The position numbers were made by a program, and so were the translations under genes. A stretch of 56,595 nt of DNA, from assembly GCA_944392585.1 (NCBI GenBank), contig CALXXA010000053.1, positions 1-56,595 on the forward strand, read 5' to 3'. Below are positions 10,243 through 18,298 of the stretch, piece after piece. The notes beneath the pieces were generated by a model that saw only the letters and a program-made list of their open reading frames with translations, was not told the origin of the DNA and did no database searches. How positions within the stretch are numbered: the stretch's first letter is position 1; each line of letters starts with the position of its first letter. Origin of the DNA: an uncultured Alphaproteobacteria bacterium. GTDB taxonomy: Bacteria; Pseudomonadota; Alphaproteobacteria; CAAHEQ01; UBA3637.

Positions 10243-12150
10243 TTAATTACTCACTTTCATTTCCGTTGTAACCGAGACCACTTTGCATGGTTTCGGTTTT
10301 TCACTTTTAATCCGCCATAAAGGCGTCATCCCGTCTCTCACCCATCCAAGCGCGTGTAAGCACACGTCTTTTGTTAAAGGTTCCTGATCCTTATCCATTT
10401 GAAAACCTCCGGAAAATTTTGGGATCATAACTTCTTGCAGACCATTTCCCACATCCATCTCCACAGAACTCGTCCTGACGACGCGTAATCGTGCTTGAAT
10501 CAAACGAACAGCCTTTAAAGGTCCCGCTCCCATATCCGAAGAAACAGGCGGTAAAGGAACTATCTCATGAGTGAACGCTAAACCTACTTCAATTTTTTGA
10601 CAGGCAAAAGGTATTGTTAAATAATCATTTTCTATTGTCATATCCGGAATAATAATTCCATCAGCAATAATTTTTACTTTTCTTCCCATCAAAGGAGACA
10701 TTCCCGACCACAACTCATGAGCTCCCTCATGATCTTCCCCCAACAAAGCGCAATCCGTAAAGACCTCGTCATCAAAAGTTTCCAAACATATTTCGTTTTG
10801 CCGCTTTGTTAAAACATAGACATCATCTCCGACAACGCCGACGGCGATAAAAAGACCTTGAGTTTCTTGATGACTCCACGCTAAAACGTTTTCTGTTCGA
10901 TAGTTTGTTAAAGTCGCCATGCTCCCATCTTGCATCACAACATAAACAATCCGTCTGTTTGCGTCATATGCCATATCTATCGGATATCGGATTAAATGAG
11001 ACGATAAAAGAGAAACATTTTTTGCTTGATACGCTTGTTCAATGTCTTGAAATAAAAACTCTCTGACTTCTCGACCGCTTGCCGCAACAAATAATGTCGC
11101 TCCGGACACATCTATGGGAGGAACGCTGGCATATAACGGAGATCCGACCAACGTCTGCCTTTTTAATTGAATATTTGTCGGAGTTAACGGATCTCCGGAA
11201 ACCATCCACTCAGCCCCGGAAGTAAAAATTTGTAAATGTCTTCCCGGAACAACCGCTCGAATAGCATTCACTTGATCCGATAAAATAGAAAATTCTATGG
11301 CTTCATCATCATTTCCTTCTCCCAAGTCAAAATTCATTATGCGAGCTGTCTTTGACAACCATAATCTGTTTGGTAAGTCTCTGGAACCGCCGATGACAAG
11401 CCTGCTCTGGAAAAAAGTCACCGAAGAAGGATAACCGCGGACGGAAGAAAACGCTGCTTCTTTCCAATCCGCCGTTTCAGAAACATCTTTTAAATCTTGT
11501 ATTACCTTCGCTTCGGCAATTTGAGAAGAAATAACATTAAAAATCTCTACTTCTCCTCCGTTTAGCCGAAAGCGAATTCCCACATGTCCTTCTTCAAAAA
11601 AAGGAGCCGAAGTACTCAAAGAAATGTTTCCCGACTGTTGAGAAGGTTTTATAGAAATGGTTGTGTCGCCAAACCGAGCATAAGGCTGCAATATGGCGCC
11701 GTCTTGAGATGTTTCATAAATCCAATTTGTCAAATTCCAAGTTTCACCGACTTGTCTTGTAATCATCACGGGAGGATAATTCGGATGCACAACAAGCAAC
11801 GTATCCGCGCTTTGCGTCCAATTCAAAAAAGGAATATCCTTTTCTTCCCACGGTGTTTGTAAAGTCGCTATCTGTTTTTGCGCACGAAAAATCCGAATCA
11901 AGTTCGGACAAACAACAAATAAATATGTTTGCTCTGTGTTAAAAGTAAAAGGAATTAATCTAACCGCATTTGGAATTTTTTCAATTAATCTTAATCCCGC
12001 TCTTCGCTCCACACCGCCGATAGCGTCGATAAATACATTTTTTAATGTAGCCGCTCCGTTGTCGTAACATGTCAAATCCGTTCTTCCCAACACGTCTTCA
12101 GATACTTCTCCGGAGGTAAAATTCGTTTTATGATGAATAACCTGGCTCAT
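10243..12150 (-). CDS. Tail tubular protein B / nozzle (T7 gp12-like)
   Basis: NFTSGEVS...GRTDL, GGVERRAG, QSADTL, GYPSSVTFFQSRLVIGG; start re-placed at MSQVI by ATGA overlap with the upstream gene. Confidence 0.85.
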   Translation of the reverse strand: MSQVIHHKTNFTSGEVSEDVLGRTDLTCYDNGAATLKNVFIDAIGGVERRAGLRLIEKIPNAVRLIPFTFNTEQTYLFVVCPNLIRIFRAQKQIATLQTPWEEKDIPFLNWTQSADTLLVVHPNYPPVMITRQVGETWNLTNWIYETSQDGAILQPYARFGDTTISIKPSQQSGNISLSTSAPFFEEGHVGIRFRLNGGEVEIFNVISSQIAEAKVIQDLKDVSETADWKEAAFSSVRGYPSSVTFFQSRLVIGGSRDLPNRLWLSKTARIMNFDLGEGNDDEAIEFSILSDQVNAIRAVVPGRHLQIFTSGAEWMVSGDPLTPTNIQLKRQTLVGSPLYASVPPIDVSGATLFVAASGREVREFLFQDIEQAYQAKNVSLLSSHLIRYPIDMAYDANRRIVYVVMQDGSMATLTNYRTENVLAWSHQETQGLFIAVGVVGDDVYVLTKRQNEICLETFDDEVFTDCALLGEDHEGAHELWSGMSPLMGRKVKIIADGIIIPDMTIENDYLTIPFACQKIEVGLAFTHEIVPLPPVSSDMGAGPLKAVRLIQARLRVVRTSSVEMDVGNGLQEVMIPKFSGGFQMDKDQEPLTKDVCLHALGWVRDGMTPLWRIKSEKPKPCKVVSVTTEMKVSN

Positions 12151-12716
12151 CCGCGCACTCCTATCAAAGGGAAATCCCAAATAGCATTCGGAATAGATTG
12201 CTGTCCGTCTATCAATTTTGCATTTTTAAACTCATCTTCTGCCGCCTTTGTTAAATATTCCGCTCTGGAAGTGCTTTCCGTTAAAGGCAAACAAAACTCC
12301 GCCGCCAATCTGGCAATCAAAGCCTGGTCAAAAAACGGTGGAAAGTTTATTTCTTGAGGACGAAAAACATATGTTAAAGTAATTTGCTTTTGATTCGCAT
12401 GCAGCTTATTCTCATGAATACGATAATCTACTCCTAATCCTCGCCGCCCCGAGCCACAAGAAATCGCTCGTAAAAAATCAGCCGGCAACGCAAATGCATA
12501 CTGATAATCGGCAAAAGGTTCCTCTTCCAACAAAGCTAATCCCGTTTGAGCCGTCGCAAAACGCCACGGATGTGCCGATAACATTGCATCTCTCACAGAT
12601 CCGTATAAATAAAAAGCCACATCTGCTTCCGCCGTTCCTTCATGAAAAGATGAAATACCTTGAGCCCCTATTTTAATTAACGCACGCGAACATAAAGCTA
12701 TCGCCGTAGATGCCAT
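12147..12716 (-). CDS. Tail tubular protein A / adaptor (T7 gp11-like)
   Basis: ALCSRALIKIG...RDAMLSAHPWRFA...YAFALPADFLR...FDQALIARLAAE; start re-placed at MASTA after AAGGAGG RBS. Confidence 0.85.
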   Translation of the reverse strand: MASTAIALCSRALIKIGAQGISSFHEGTAEADVAFYLYGSVRDAMLSAHPWRFATAQTGLALLEEEPFADYQYAFALPADFLRAISCGSGRRGLGVDYRIHENKLHANQKQITLTYVFRPQEINFPPFFDQALIARLAAEFCLPLTESTSRAEYLTKAAEDEFKNAKLIDGQQSIPNAIWDFPLIGVRG

Positions 12717-12734
12717 TTTTTCCTCCTTTTTTTT

Positions 12735-12765
12735 AAAAAAAAGGGACCTCTTTAAAAGGTCCCTT
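12735..12765 (-). terminator. Intrinsic terminator directly after the major capsid gene
   Basis: AAGGGACCT/AGGTCCCTT 9-bp stem followed by a U-tract on the minus strand. Confidence 0.8.
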
Positions 12766-12772
12766 CCACTCA

Positions 12773-13615
12773 TTAAGCCGCTTTATCTAAAATTTCAAAC
12801 TTGACGACACCTTTTGTATCAATCAAACACGCTCCTTGACTCATCATGTTGTTGACAAAATGAGCCGCATAATCTCCATGCCATGTAATGTCCGTCTTAA
12901 TGTCCATTCCAACAGCATGCCCCACCGCGTTTTTATGATAAATAAAACATGTATGCGAAGCCGTTTCTCCGGATCCAGACGCCGGTAATCCCGTGTGCAT
13001 AATAAAGTTAATTCCTAACCATTTACGACTTTCACACCCCGCAACAAACGGCGTTTTATTTCCAACATAATCCGCACTTGAAAATTCTTCAATCGACAAT
13101 AATTGATTCCATGCTTGAGGAGAAACTATTGCATATCGTTCTCCATCATCCGGAACATCCTCATTGTTCAATAAAGTAAAAGCTTCTAAAATCAAAGCTT
13201 TTGTTAAAGTTGTTGCACCAGATCCAACGCTTGTTGTTGTTGTCTTTAAAGCGTTAATAATCAATTCGTCCGTTTTACGACCTAAAGCATATGCTCCCGC
13301 TTGAGCAACAACTTTTCGTTCGTCATGCCCGACTTTCAATTCGTCCAAAGAATCAACCCATTCTCCCGCATAATAATCGCTTAAAACACATTCCTTAGGC
13401 GTATGCGACAACTTCATAGTCGGTACTTGCCCATTCCGCGTTTTTGTCGCTGCAACTCCTTTTCCTATTATCTGAAAAGTCGTAGACGCTCCTTGAATAT
13501 TGCTCTTGGAACGAACAGTTGATTTCAATTTAGACCCCATTTGACTATATGCATTCACCACTTCCGCTTGAAAGTGCTTGATAAAAGATTGATCTATTGA
13601 ATTTATTTCTGCCAT
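12773..13615 (-). CDS. Major capsid protein (podovirus type)
   Basis: FIKHFQAEVVNAYSQMGSKL, AYALGRKTDELII, LNNEDVPDDGERY, WLGINFI; AAGGAG RBS; lies between scaffold and tail tubular genes. Confidence 0.88.
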   Translation of the reverse strand: MAEINSIDQSFIKHFQAEVVNAYSQMGSKLKSTVRSKSNIQGASTTFQIIGKGVAATKTRNGQVPTMKLSHTPKECVLSDYYAGEWVDSLDELKVGHDERKVVAQAGAYALGRKTDELIINALKTTTTSVGSGATTLTKALILEAFTLLNNEDVPDDGERYAIVSPQAWNQLLSIEEFSSADYVGNKTPFVAGCESRKWLGINFIMHTGLPASGSGETASHTCFIYHKNAVGHAVGMDIKTDITWHGDYAAHFVNNMMSQGACLIDTKGVVKFEILDKAA

Positions 13616-13663
13616 TTATTTCTCCTTTTTATTTAAACCACGCTCAGTCTTTTTCGACTTCGC

Positions 13664-14356
13664 TTAAGATGATGGATATAACCGCCGAAATCCTTCCGTC
13701 ACCTGACGAACAAAATCAGGATCTTGTTCTTTCCAGTATTTCGGATCCATCATCATTTTTTGTAAACTCGCTTCATCCGTCGGCGTATATTTTTCTTGCC
13801 CATTTGACATAATTTTAGGTTCTTTGCTTTGCATCATGTTATATAAAGTCATGACTCCTTCATATGTTCCCGCCAACGCACTTAAAATCGCCGGCGAGAC
13901 ATTTTGCTTCGCCCATACGGCAAGTTGACGACTCACCTCATTCCATTTTTCTTCTCCGCCAAAATGCCTGATTAAGGCTTCTTTTTGTCTGTCGGACTCA
14001 TAATCCGCCGCTAACTCCTCAATAATAGGTAAAATTTTCGTCGCAGCTAAATCATAAACCGCTTGAACTTGCTTGTTTGTAAAACCTTGTTGAAACAACA
14101 ACTCATTAACTTGCGGATCACTGGATAATAATTTATGATGACATGTTATTTCGTATTGATCCGATGTCTCTGGAACGCCTAACGCTCTGTAAAAAGCCTG
14201 CTTTTGCTCTGTCGGCGTCGTCTCGTCCGGAATTAAAAACATATGTTTTGTTTTTTCGCGTAATTCCCGATACGCATTGTATAAAGCCTCCACGTCTATT
14301 TGACCATCCGATCCTTTAAACGTATCCATATTTGTTTCTTCCATTAAATTTTCCAT
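13664..14356 (-). CDS. Capsid assembly (scaffolding) protein
   Basis: Acidic protein, FYRALGVPE...Y, C-terminal MMDPKYWK...VRQV..GF.RLY; upstream of the capsid gene. Confidence 0.8.
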   Translation of the reverse strand: MENLMEETNMDTFKGSDGQIDVEALYNAYRELREKTKHMFLIPDETTPTEQKQAFYRALGVPETSDQYEITCHHKLLSSDPQVNELLFQQGFTNKQVQAVYDLAATKILPIIEELAADYESDRQKEALIRHFGGEEKWNEVSRQLAVWAKQNVSPAILSALAGTYEGVMTLYNMMQSKEPKIMSNGQEKYTPTDEASLQKMMMDPKYWKEQDPDFVRQVTEGFRRLYPSS

Positions 14357-14371
14357 ATTTTCTCCTTTTCT

Positions 14372-14635
14372 TTAAGACAACAGCGATCCTCGCCCTTGCT
14401 CTGTTAAAGCCTCTATATGAGACACCAATGCTCTTTGACCTTCTAAATAACGCATTTCGGTCTCGCTTGCAGATGAAGCCAATACGCGTTCTTTTGTTAT
14501 TTTCCTTAAATAATTCAAAATCTTAGTACCATCACTCGTCTGAAAACACCGCGCAAAAGAACGAGAAATCGAAAGTCTCTCATCTAAAACGGCTTCCGTC
14601 GTCGTATTATTTAAAAAAGACCAACCCGTTTTCAT
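14372..14635 (-). CDS. Bbp19-like small phage protein
   Basis: FQTSDGTKILNYLRK...EGQRALV..IE pattern between portal and scaffold. Confidence 0.7.
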   Translation of the reverse strand: MKTGWSFLNNTTTEAVLDERLSISRSFARCFQTSDGTKILNYLRKITKERVLASSASETEMRYLEGQRALVSHIEALTEQGRGSLLS

Positions 14636-16095
14636 TTATTTTCTCCCTCTTTTGAAACATTTTCCGCCGCTTTAATCAACTCCATCGGAACGTTCAGCGT
14701 TTCGCCAAGCCATCTCACAAAAGCCGGAACATCCAAACATTCATACGCTTGAGAACCCAATGCTCCCAAACTGGAAAGCCATGTCAAAGCATTATTCGCT
14801 TTTTCCGTGCTCTGTTTGCGCGCCAACGGAGATTGATATCCCACATCAACAATACGCCCGTCTATATATATCTCCGGAATTTCTCCCCGCCGCCTCAATA
14901 TACTGACGGCTCGCTCTATCAACGGATTGAGAAGTTCTATTTGTAAACGGCTGTAAGTGGCTCCCAACACCTCCACCATGTCGCTCGAACGCTCCAACAC
15001 CTCGGTCGCCGTCATTTTCGGATCCGTTATTTGTCCTAATTTATCCACCAACAGCGCATGTCTGATACGTGCTCGCAAGTCATTTAAAACCAATTGAGAA
15101 ACATCAAAACTCCCCGCTGCCTCTAAAGGAGTCAATCCTTTAGATCCAACAGCTTTCGGAATAATCGCTCCAGGAGTTAATCGAATATTCGCCGGATTCA
15201 AAACTCCGTCATCTTCCGCTTGCCAAATGCCGGTTACAGAGATTGTCGCATTTTTTAAAATCAACTCAACCACTTTATTAACGGTTTTAATGTCTGGTAA
15301 AGCCTTCATCACCGGAGAACGTCCATAAATCTCTCCGGGAGCCTTCAACCATCTAAACGTAATAAACGGCGACTCGGTAAAACGTCCTTCTTTTAATACC
15401 GTAAATTCGCCAGCTCCCTCATATGCAAAAATCCGATAATCATACCCTCCCTTCAAAGACGGAATAACAGCTTCTATAATATTCGCCTTTTTTTCCTTTT
15501 CTCTCATGTTCTCTTTAAAAGAAGAAGGAATGTCTTTTTCTCCAAATCGTTTTTCCATCTCCTCCAAGCTCATCTCATGATGCCGGAAAGTTACATCCAA
15601 ACGCCCTGTATTTCCTTCTTCAACATAAAGCTCGCTTAAAGGAACCGCCGTAAATTTAAAAGCAGAAGATCCTCCTATTTTTTCTTCTTCAAACAGCAAA
15701 CAAGCCGTTCCAACCGTCACTAAATCTAAAAAGCACTGATGCAGCTCAACAACAAAAGAAGATCTGTCAAAATGACCTTGAAGAATATTAGATATATTTT
15801 CAAGCCCTTGACTGGCTTGACGAGCAGCTTCTCCATATAAATCAGCACCAACGCATAAATCAAACCACCTGCTCCAAGCCGGCGTCAACTCCGATAACAT
15901 AGAAGCCGCTAATTGATCCACACTGTCAGGTGCCGTTCCATCAAACAACGTATCCGTTTGTAATACATTTTCACTCAATACACCTTCTCGTTGAGGCAGC
16001 GAAAAAGCATAACACTCTTTCCATGTGGATTCTAATTTGTCTCTGCGTGCTTTTGCTTTTAAAAATCTCTGATAAAGTTTTTCCGTTGAAATCAT
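14632..16095 (-). CDS. Portal (head-tail connector) protein, T7-type
   Basis: FDGTAPDSVDQLAASM...LTP..SRWF, GEIYGRSP..ALPDIKT, MTATEV; start re-placed at MISTE after GGGAG RBS. Confidence 0.9.
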   Translation of the reverse strand: MISTEKLYQRFLKAKARRDKLESTWKECYAFSLPQREGVLSENVLQTDTLFDGTAPDSVDQLAASMLSELTPAWSRWFDLCVGADLYGEAARQASQGLENISNILQGHFDRSSFVVELHQCFLDLVTVGTACLLFEEEKIGGSSAFKFTAVPLSELYVEEGNTGRLDVTFRHHEMSLEEMEKRFGEKDIPSSFKENMREKEKKANIIEAVIPSLKGGYDYRIFAYEGAGEFTVLKEGRFTESPFITFRWLKAPGEIYGRSPVMKALPDIKTVNKVVELILKNATISVTGIWQAEDDGVLNPANIRLTPGAIIPKAVGSKGLTPLEAAGSFDVSQLVLNDLRARIRHALLVDKLGQITDPKMTATEVLERSSDMVEVLGATYSRLQIELLNPLIERAVSILRRRGEIPEIYIDGRIVDVGYQSPLARKQSTEKANNALTWLSSLGALGSQAYECLDVPAFVRWLGETLNVPMELIKAAENVSKEGENK

Positions 16096-16096
16096 T

Positions 16097-16291
16097 TTAC
16101 TCTCCCAATAAAGTTTTACGCACAGGCGCGTCATCTTTTAAATTCAACAAACCTCTCATGGAAGTTTGCACTGTTTCCATTCCCGCTTGTCGAGCTAGAT
16201 AACTATTGTCGCGCTCACTTGTTTTTGCTTCCGAAACAACAACATTCGGAACTTTAGTGTCTATTCCTATTATTTCTTCAACTTTCTTCAT
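16097..16291 (-). CDS. Small phage protein upstream of the portal
   Basis: Ends TSMRGLL...RKTLLGE, a C-terminal pattern typical of the small pre-portal gene of podoviruses; first gene of the operon. Confidence 0.65.
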   Translation of the reverse strand: MKKVEEIIGIDTKVPNVVVSEAKTSERDNSYLARQAGMETVQTSMRGLLNLKDDAPVRKTLLGE

Positions 16292-16347
16292 TATTTTATC
16301 CTTTATTCAAAAGCTCTTATCCCGACAGACAAAACCAGAAGAGGTTT

Positions 16348-16379
16348 AACAAAAAACCTCCTGAAAAATCAGGAGGTTT
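16348..16379 (-). terminator. Leader terminator upstream of the structural operon
   Basis: Perfect 11-bp stem AAACCTCCTGA/TCAGGAGGTTT, 4-nt loop, U-tract on the minus strand. Confidence 0.8.
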
Positions 16380-16414
16380 AATTTGAATACACTTCTATCG
16401 GGTTACTAAAGACT

Positions 16415-16458
16415 CTTATACCACACTTTTATTCCTATGTCAAGGATTTTTTTCCTAT
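16415..16458 (-). promoter_or_regulatory. Sigma70-type promoter of the structural operon with overlapping operator-like sites
   Basis: Minus strand TTGACA(16443-16438)-N17-TATAAG(16420-16415) with extended -10 TG; GGAT-N4-TTCC at 16444-16455 and half-site TTCCTAT at 16432-16438. Confidence 0.75.
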
Positions 16459-16836
16459 TTTTAACAAATAGCAATATAATTGATAAGGCGTCCAAATTCG
16501 CCTATCGGTAATACCGACAAATCTTTTAGCCGTTTCGACACAAGTATAAGGCATAATTTTCATTTGATGTTTTGACGGCGGAGAAATGGTTGTTTCAACG
16601 ACGCGATAGCCATGAGCGAACAAAAAGTTTTTTAAATCGCCGTCTGTCACCAGAATTAAGTCGGTATAATGAGCCAAAGGATCGATTAAAACCCATCCGT
16701 TTTGAGAGTCTCCCAAAGCGACGACACAATGATAGAATCCTTTTTTTAAAAAGCGCATCCACCAAAAAGTCGGAGATCCTCCGAATCCGATTAAAGCCTT
16801 TGTTTGTCTAAAACCTCTGCATTTCGGGCCAATCAT
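16435..16836 (-). CDS. Hypothetical protein, possible permuted papain-like (NlpC/P60) cysteine hydrolase
   Basis: GFYHCVVAL (His) ... PYTCVETAKRFVG (Cys) ... WTPYQLY. Confidence 0.55.
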   Translation of the reverse strand: MIGPKCRGFRQTKALIGFGGSPTFWWMRFLKKGFYHCVVALGDSQNGWVLIDPLAHYTDLILVTDGDLKNFLFAHGYRVVETTISPPSKHQMKIMPYTCVETAKRFVGITDRRIWTPYQLYCYLLKIGKKSLT

Positions 16837-16845
16837 TTCAGCCCC

Positions 16846-17256
16846 CTAATGGTAATTACATTGTAAATACATTTCAGAGCTAAAATCATCCTCATCCGGC
16901 TGCACTATCCCTTTGCTTATCAATATCGGTTCCATCACAAATAAAGCATCTCTCCATAAACGACATTCATCAAAACTCGCGCCAAAAGAAATATGCGGCG
17001 GCATCTGCTCTAAACCATATTTTGATAAGACTCTGACATGATATTGCTTCAAAATCCCTTTCAATACCAATCTTTTCAAAACTATTAATATATCACTCGC
17101 TTCACAAGGCCTCGCCACACTCCTCCTCGCAGAAGAAAATCTTCCTCGATTTCCTTTATGCGTCTCACACCAACAACACCATAACCATGCCTCTTCCGCC
17201 GTATAAAACGGCTCACCTTGCCTGTAATCAGCTCTTAAGCCGGATTTTCTGATCAT
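16846..17256 (-). CDS. Hypothetical protein, candidate activator/antiterminator of the cluster
   Basis: Basic helical protein (PF.TAEEAW.W, RPCEASDI, RLWRDAL..MEP.L.SKGIV); divergent from the repressor; start re-placed at MIRKS after AAGGGAG RBS. Confidence 0.55.
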   Translation of the reverse strand: MIRKSGLRADYRQGEPFYTAEEAWLWCCWCETHKGNRGRFSSARRSVARPCEASDILIVLKRLVLKGILKQYHVRVLSKYGLEQMPPHISFGASFDECRLWRDALFVMEPILISKGIVQPDEDDFSSEMYLQCNYH

Positions 17257-17296
17257 TTTCTTTTCTCCCTTCATAGAACAAATCATGAACATTATA

Positions 17297-17397
17297 TGTA
17301 TAAGAAATTTTTTTCTCATTGTCAATAAAAAAATAGGTTTTTTTTCCTATTTACAAACAAAAATTCCTATGCTATATTGTTTTCAGGAATTTATTCA
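17297..17397. promoter_or_regulatory. Back-to-back promoters with repeated operator-like palindromes
   Basis: Minus TTGACA(17325-17320)-N17-TATACA; plus TTTACA(17350-17355)-N17-TATATT; ATAGG-N8-CCTAT at 17333-17350, GGAA-N4-TTCA at 17386-17397, TTCCTAT at 17364-17370. Confidence 0.65.
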
Positions 17398-17413
17398 AAA
17401 AAGGAAAAAAAAT

Positions 17414-18049
17414 ATGCATCTCTCTTATGTGGAAATTTGGAAAGGAATTGATCAACTCGCCTATACCAAAAAAATGTCTTTATCAGCTATGGCTCAAAAA
17501 GCCGGTTTGGATCCAACCGCTTTCAACAAAAGCAAACGCGTCGGACCTGACGGCAGAAAAAGATGGCTTTCAATGGAAAGTCTCAATAAAGTTCTCAACG
17601 CGACAAACACAACTCTTGATGAGTTCATCCGACTCACCGGCCAAAATATAGAACCTTCACGACAAACCATTCCTCTTTTAGGCTTCGCTCAAGCCGGATG
17701 CGACGGCTTCTTTGATGACGCCGGCTTTCCCATAGGCAGCGCCGGATGGGATGCTATTTCTTGTCCGATGAGCTTGGATAAAACCGCTTACGCTTTAGAA
17801 GTGTGTGGATCCAGCATGGAACCTGTCTATCGGGAAGGAGATCGTTTAATCGTCAGCCCGGATTCCGAAATCAGAAAAGGCGATCGAATTGTCTTGAAAA
17901 CAAAAAACGGTGAAGTCATGGTTAAAGAACTCAAAAGACAAACCGCCTCCTTCGTCGAATTAAAATCCTTAAACCCAGCTCATCCGGATCGTTCTTTCCC
18001 TATTCAAGAAATATCTTGGATGGCGCGCGTTTTATGGGTCAGTCAATAA
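17414..18049 (+). CDS. HTH + S24 peptidase (CI/LexA-like) repressor, conserved alphaproteobacterial type
   Basis: IWKGIDQLA...SLSAMAQKAGLDPTAFNKSKR..DGRKRW; Ala-Gly site AQAG; catalytic GSSMEP Ser and VMVK Lys; start re-placed after AAGGA RBS. Confidence 0.88.
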   Translation: MHLSYVEIWKGIDQLAYTKKMSLSAMAQKAGLDPTAFNKSKRVGPDGRKRWLSMESLNKVLNATNTTLDEFIRLTGQNIEPSRQTIPLLGFAQAGCDGFFDDAGFPIGSAGWDAISCPMSLDKTAYALEVCGSSMEPVYREGDRLIVSPDSEIRKGDRIVLKTKNGEVMVKELKRQTASFVELKSLNPAHPDRSFPIQEISWMARVLWVSQ

Positions 18050-18298
18050 AATTTCTTTTACAAAAAACACTTTATTCACAATAAACTATGAATAATATTT
18101 GATGTCTTCTCTTTGTTTTTCATAATATAAAATGAATTAATATATATTATTTTATTATTTTTACTTGTTAAGTTGTATTTTTTCTTTCCCTATGAGGTGC
18201 GCCAATTTAAAATTATTTCCCACTTTAATATGAAATTTAAAACAAACCTTGCGCTTTTTTAAAAATCTTCATATACTGATTAAAAAAAGGACTTTTTT

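Noticed and set aside
17257-17413. Overlapping N-terminal extensions of the 16846-17325 and 17285-18049 ORFs
   Set aside because: The region is promoter/operator DNA; better RBS-linked starts exist at 17256 and 17414. Similar over-extensions were trimmed for portal, tail A/B, mutS, znuB, DUF378 and the dehydrogenase.
6638-18298. att-site direct repeats or a tRNA target flanking the cluster
   Set aside because: None seen by eye in either flank; short repeats could have been missed.
18050-18298. Second origin-like AT-rich region with TTATTCACA at 18072-18080
   Set aside because: Only one or two imperfect boxes and no trios; at most DnaA regulation of dnaQ.
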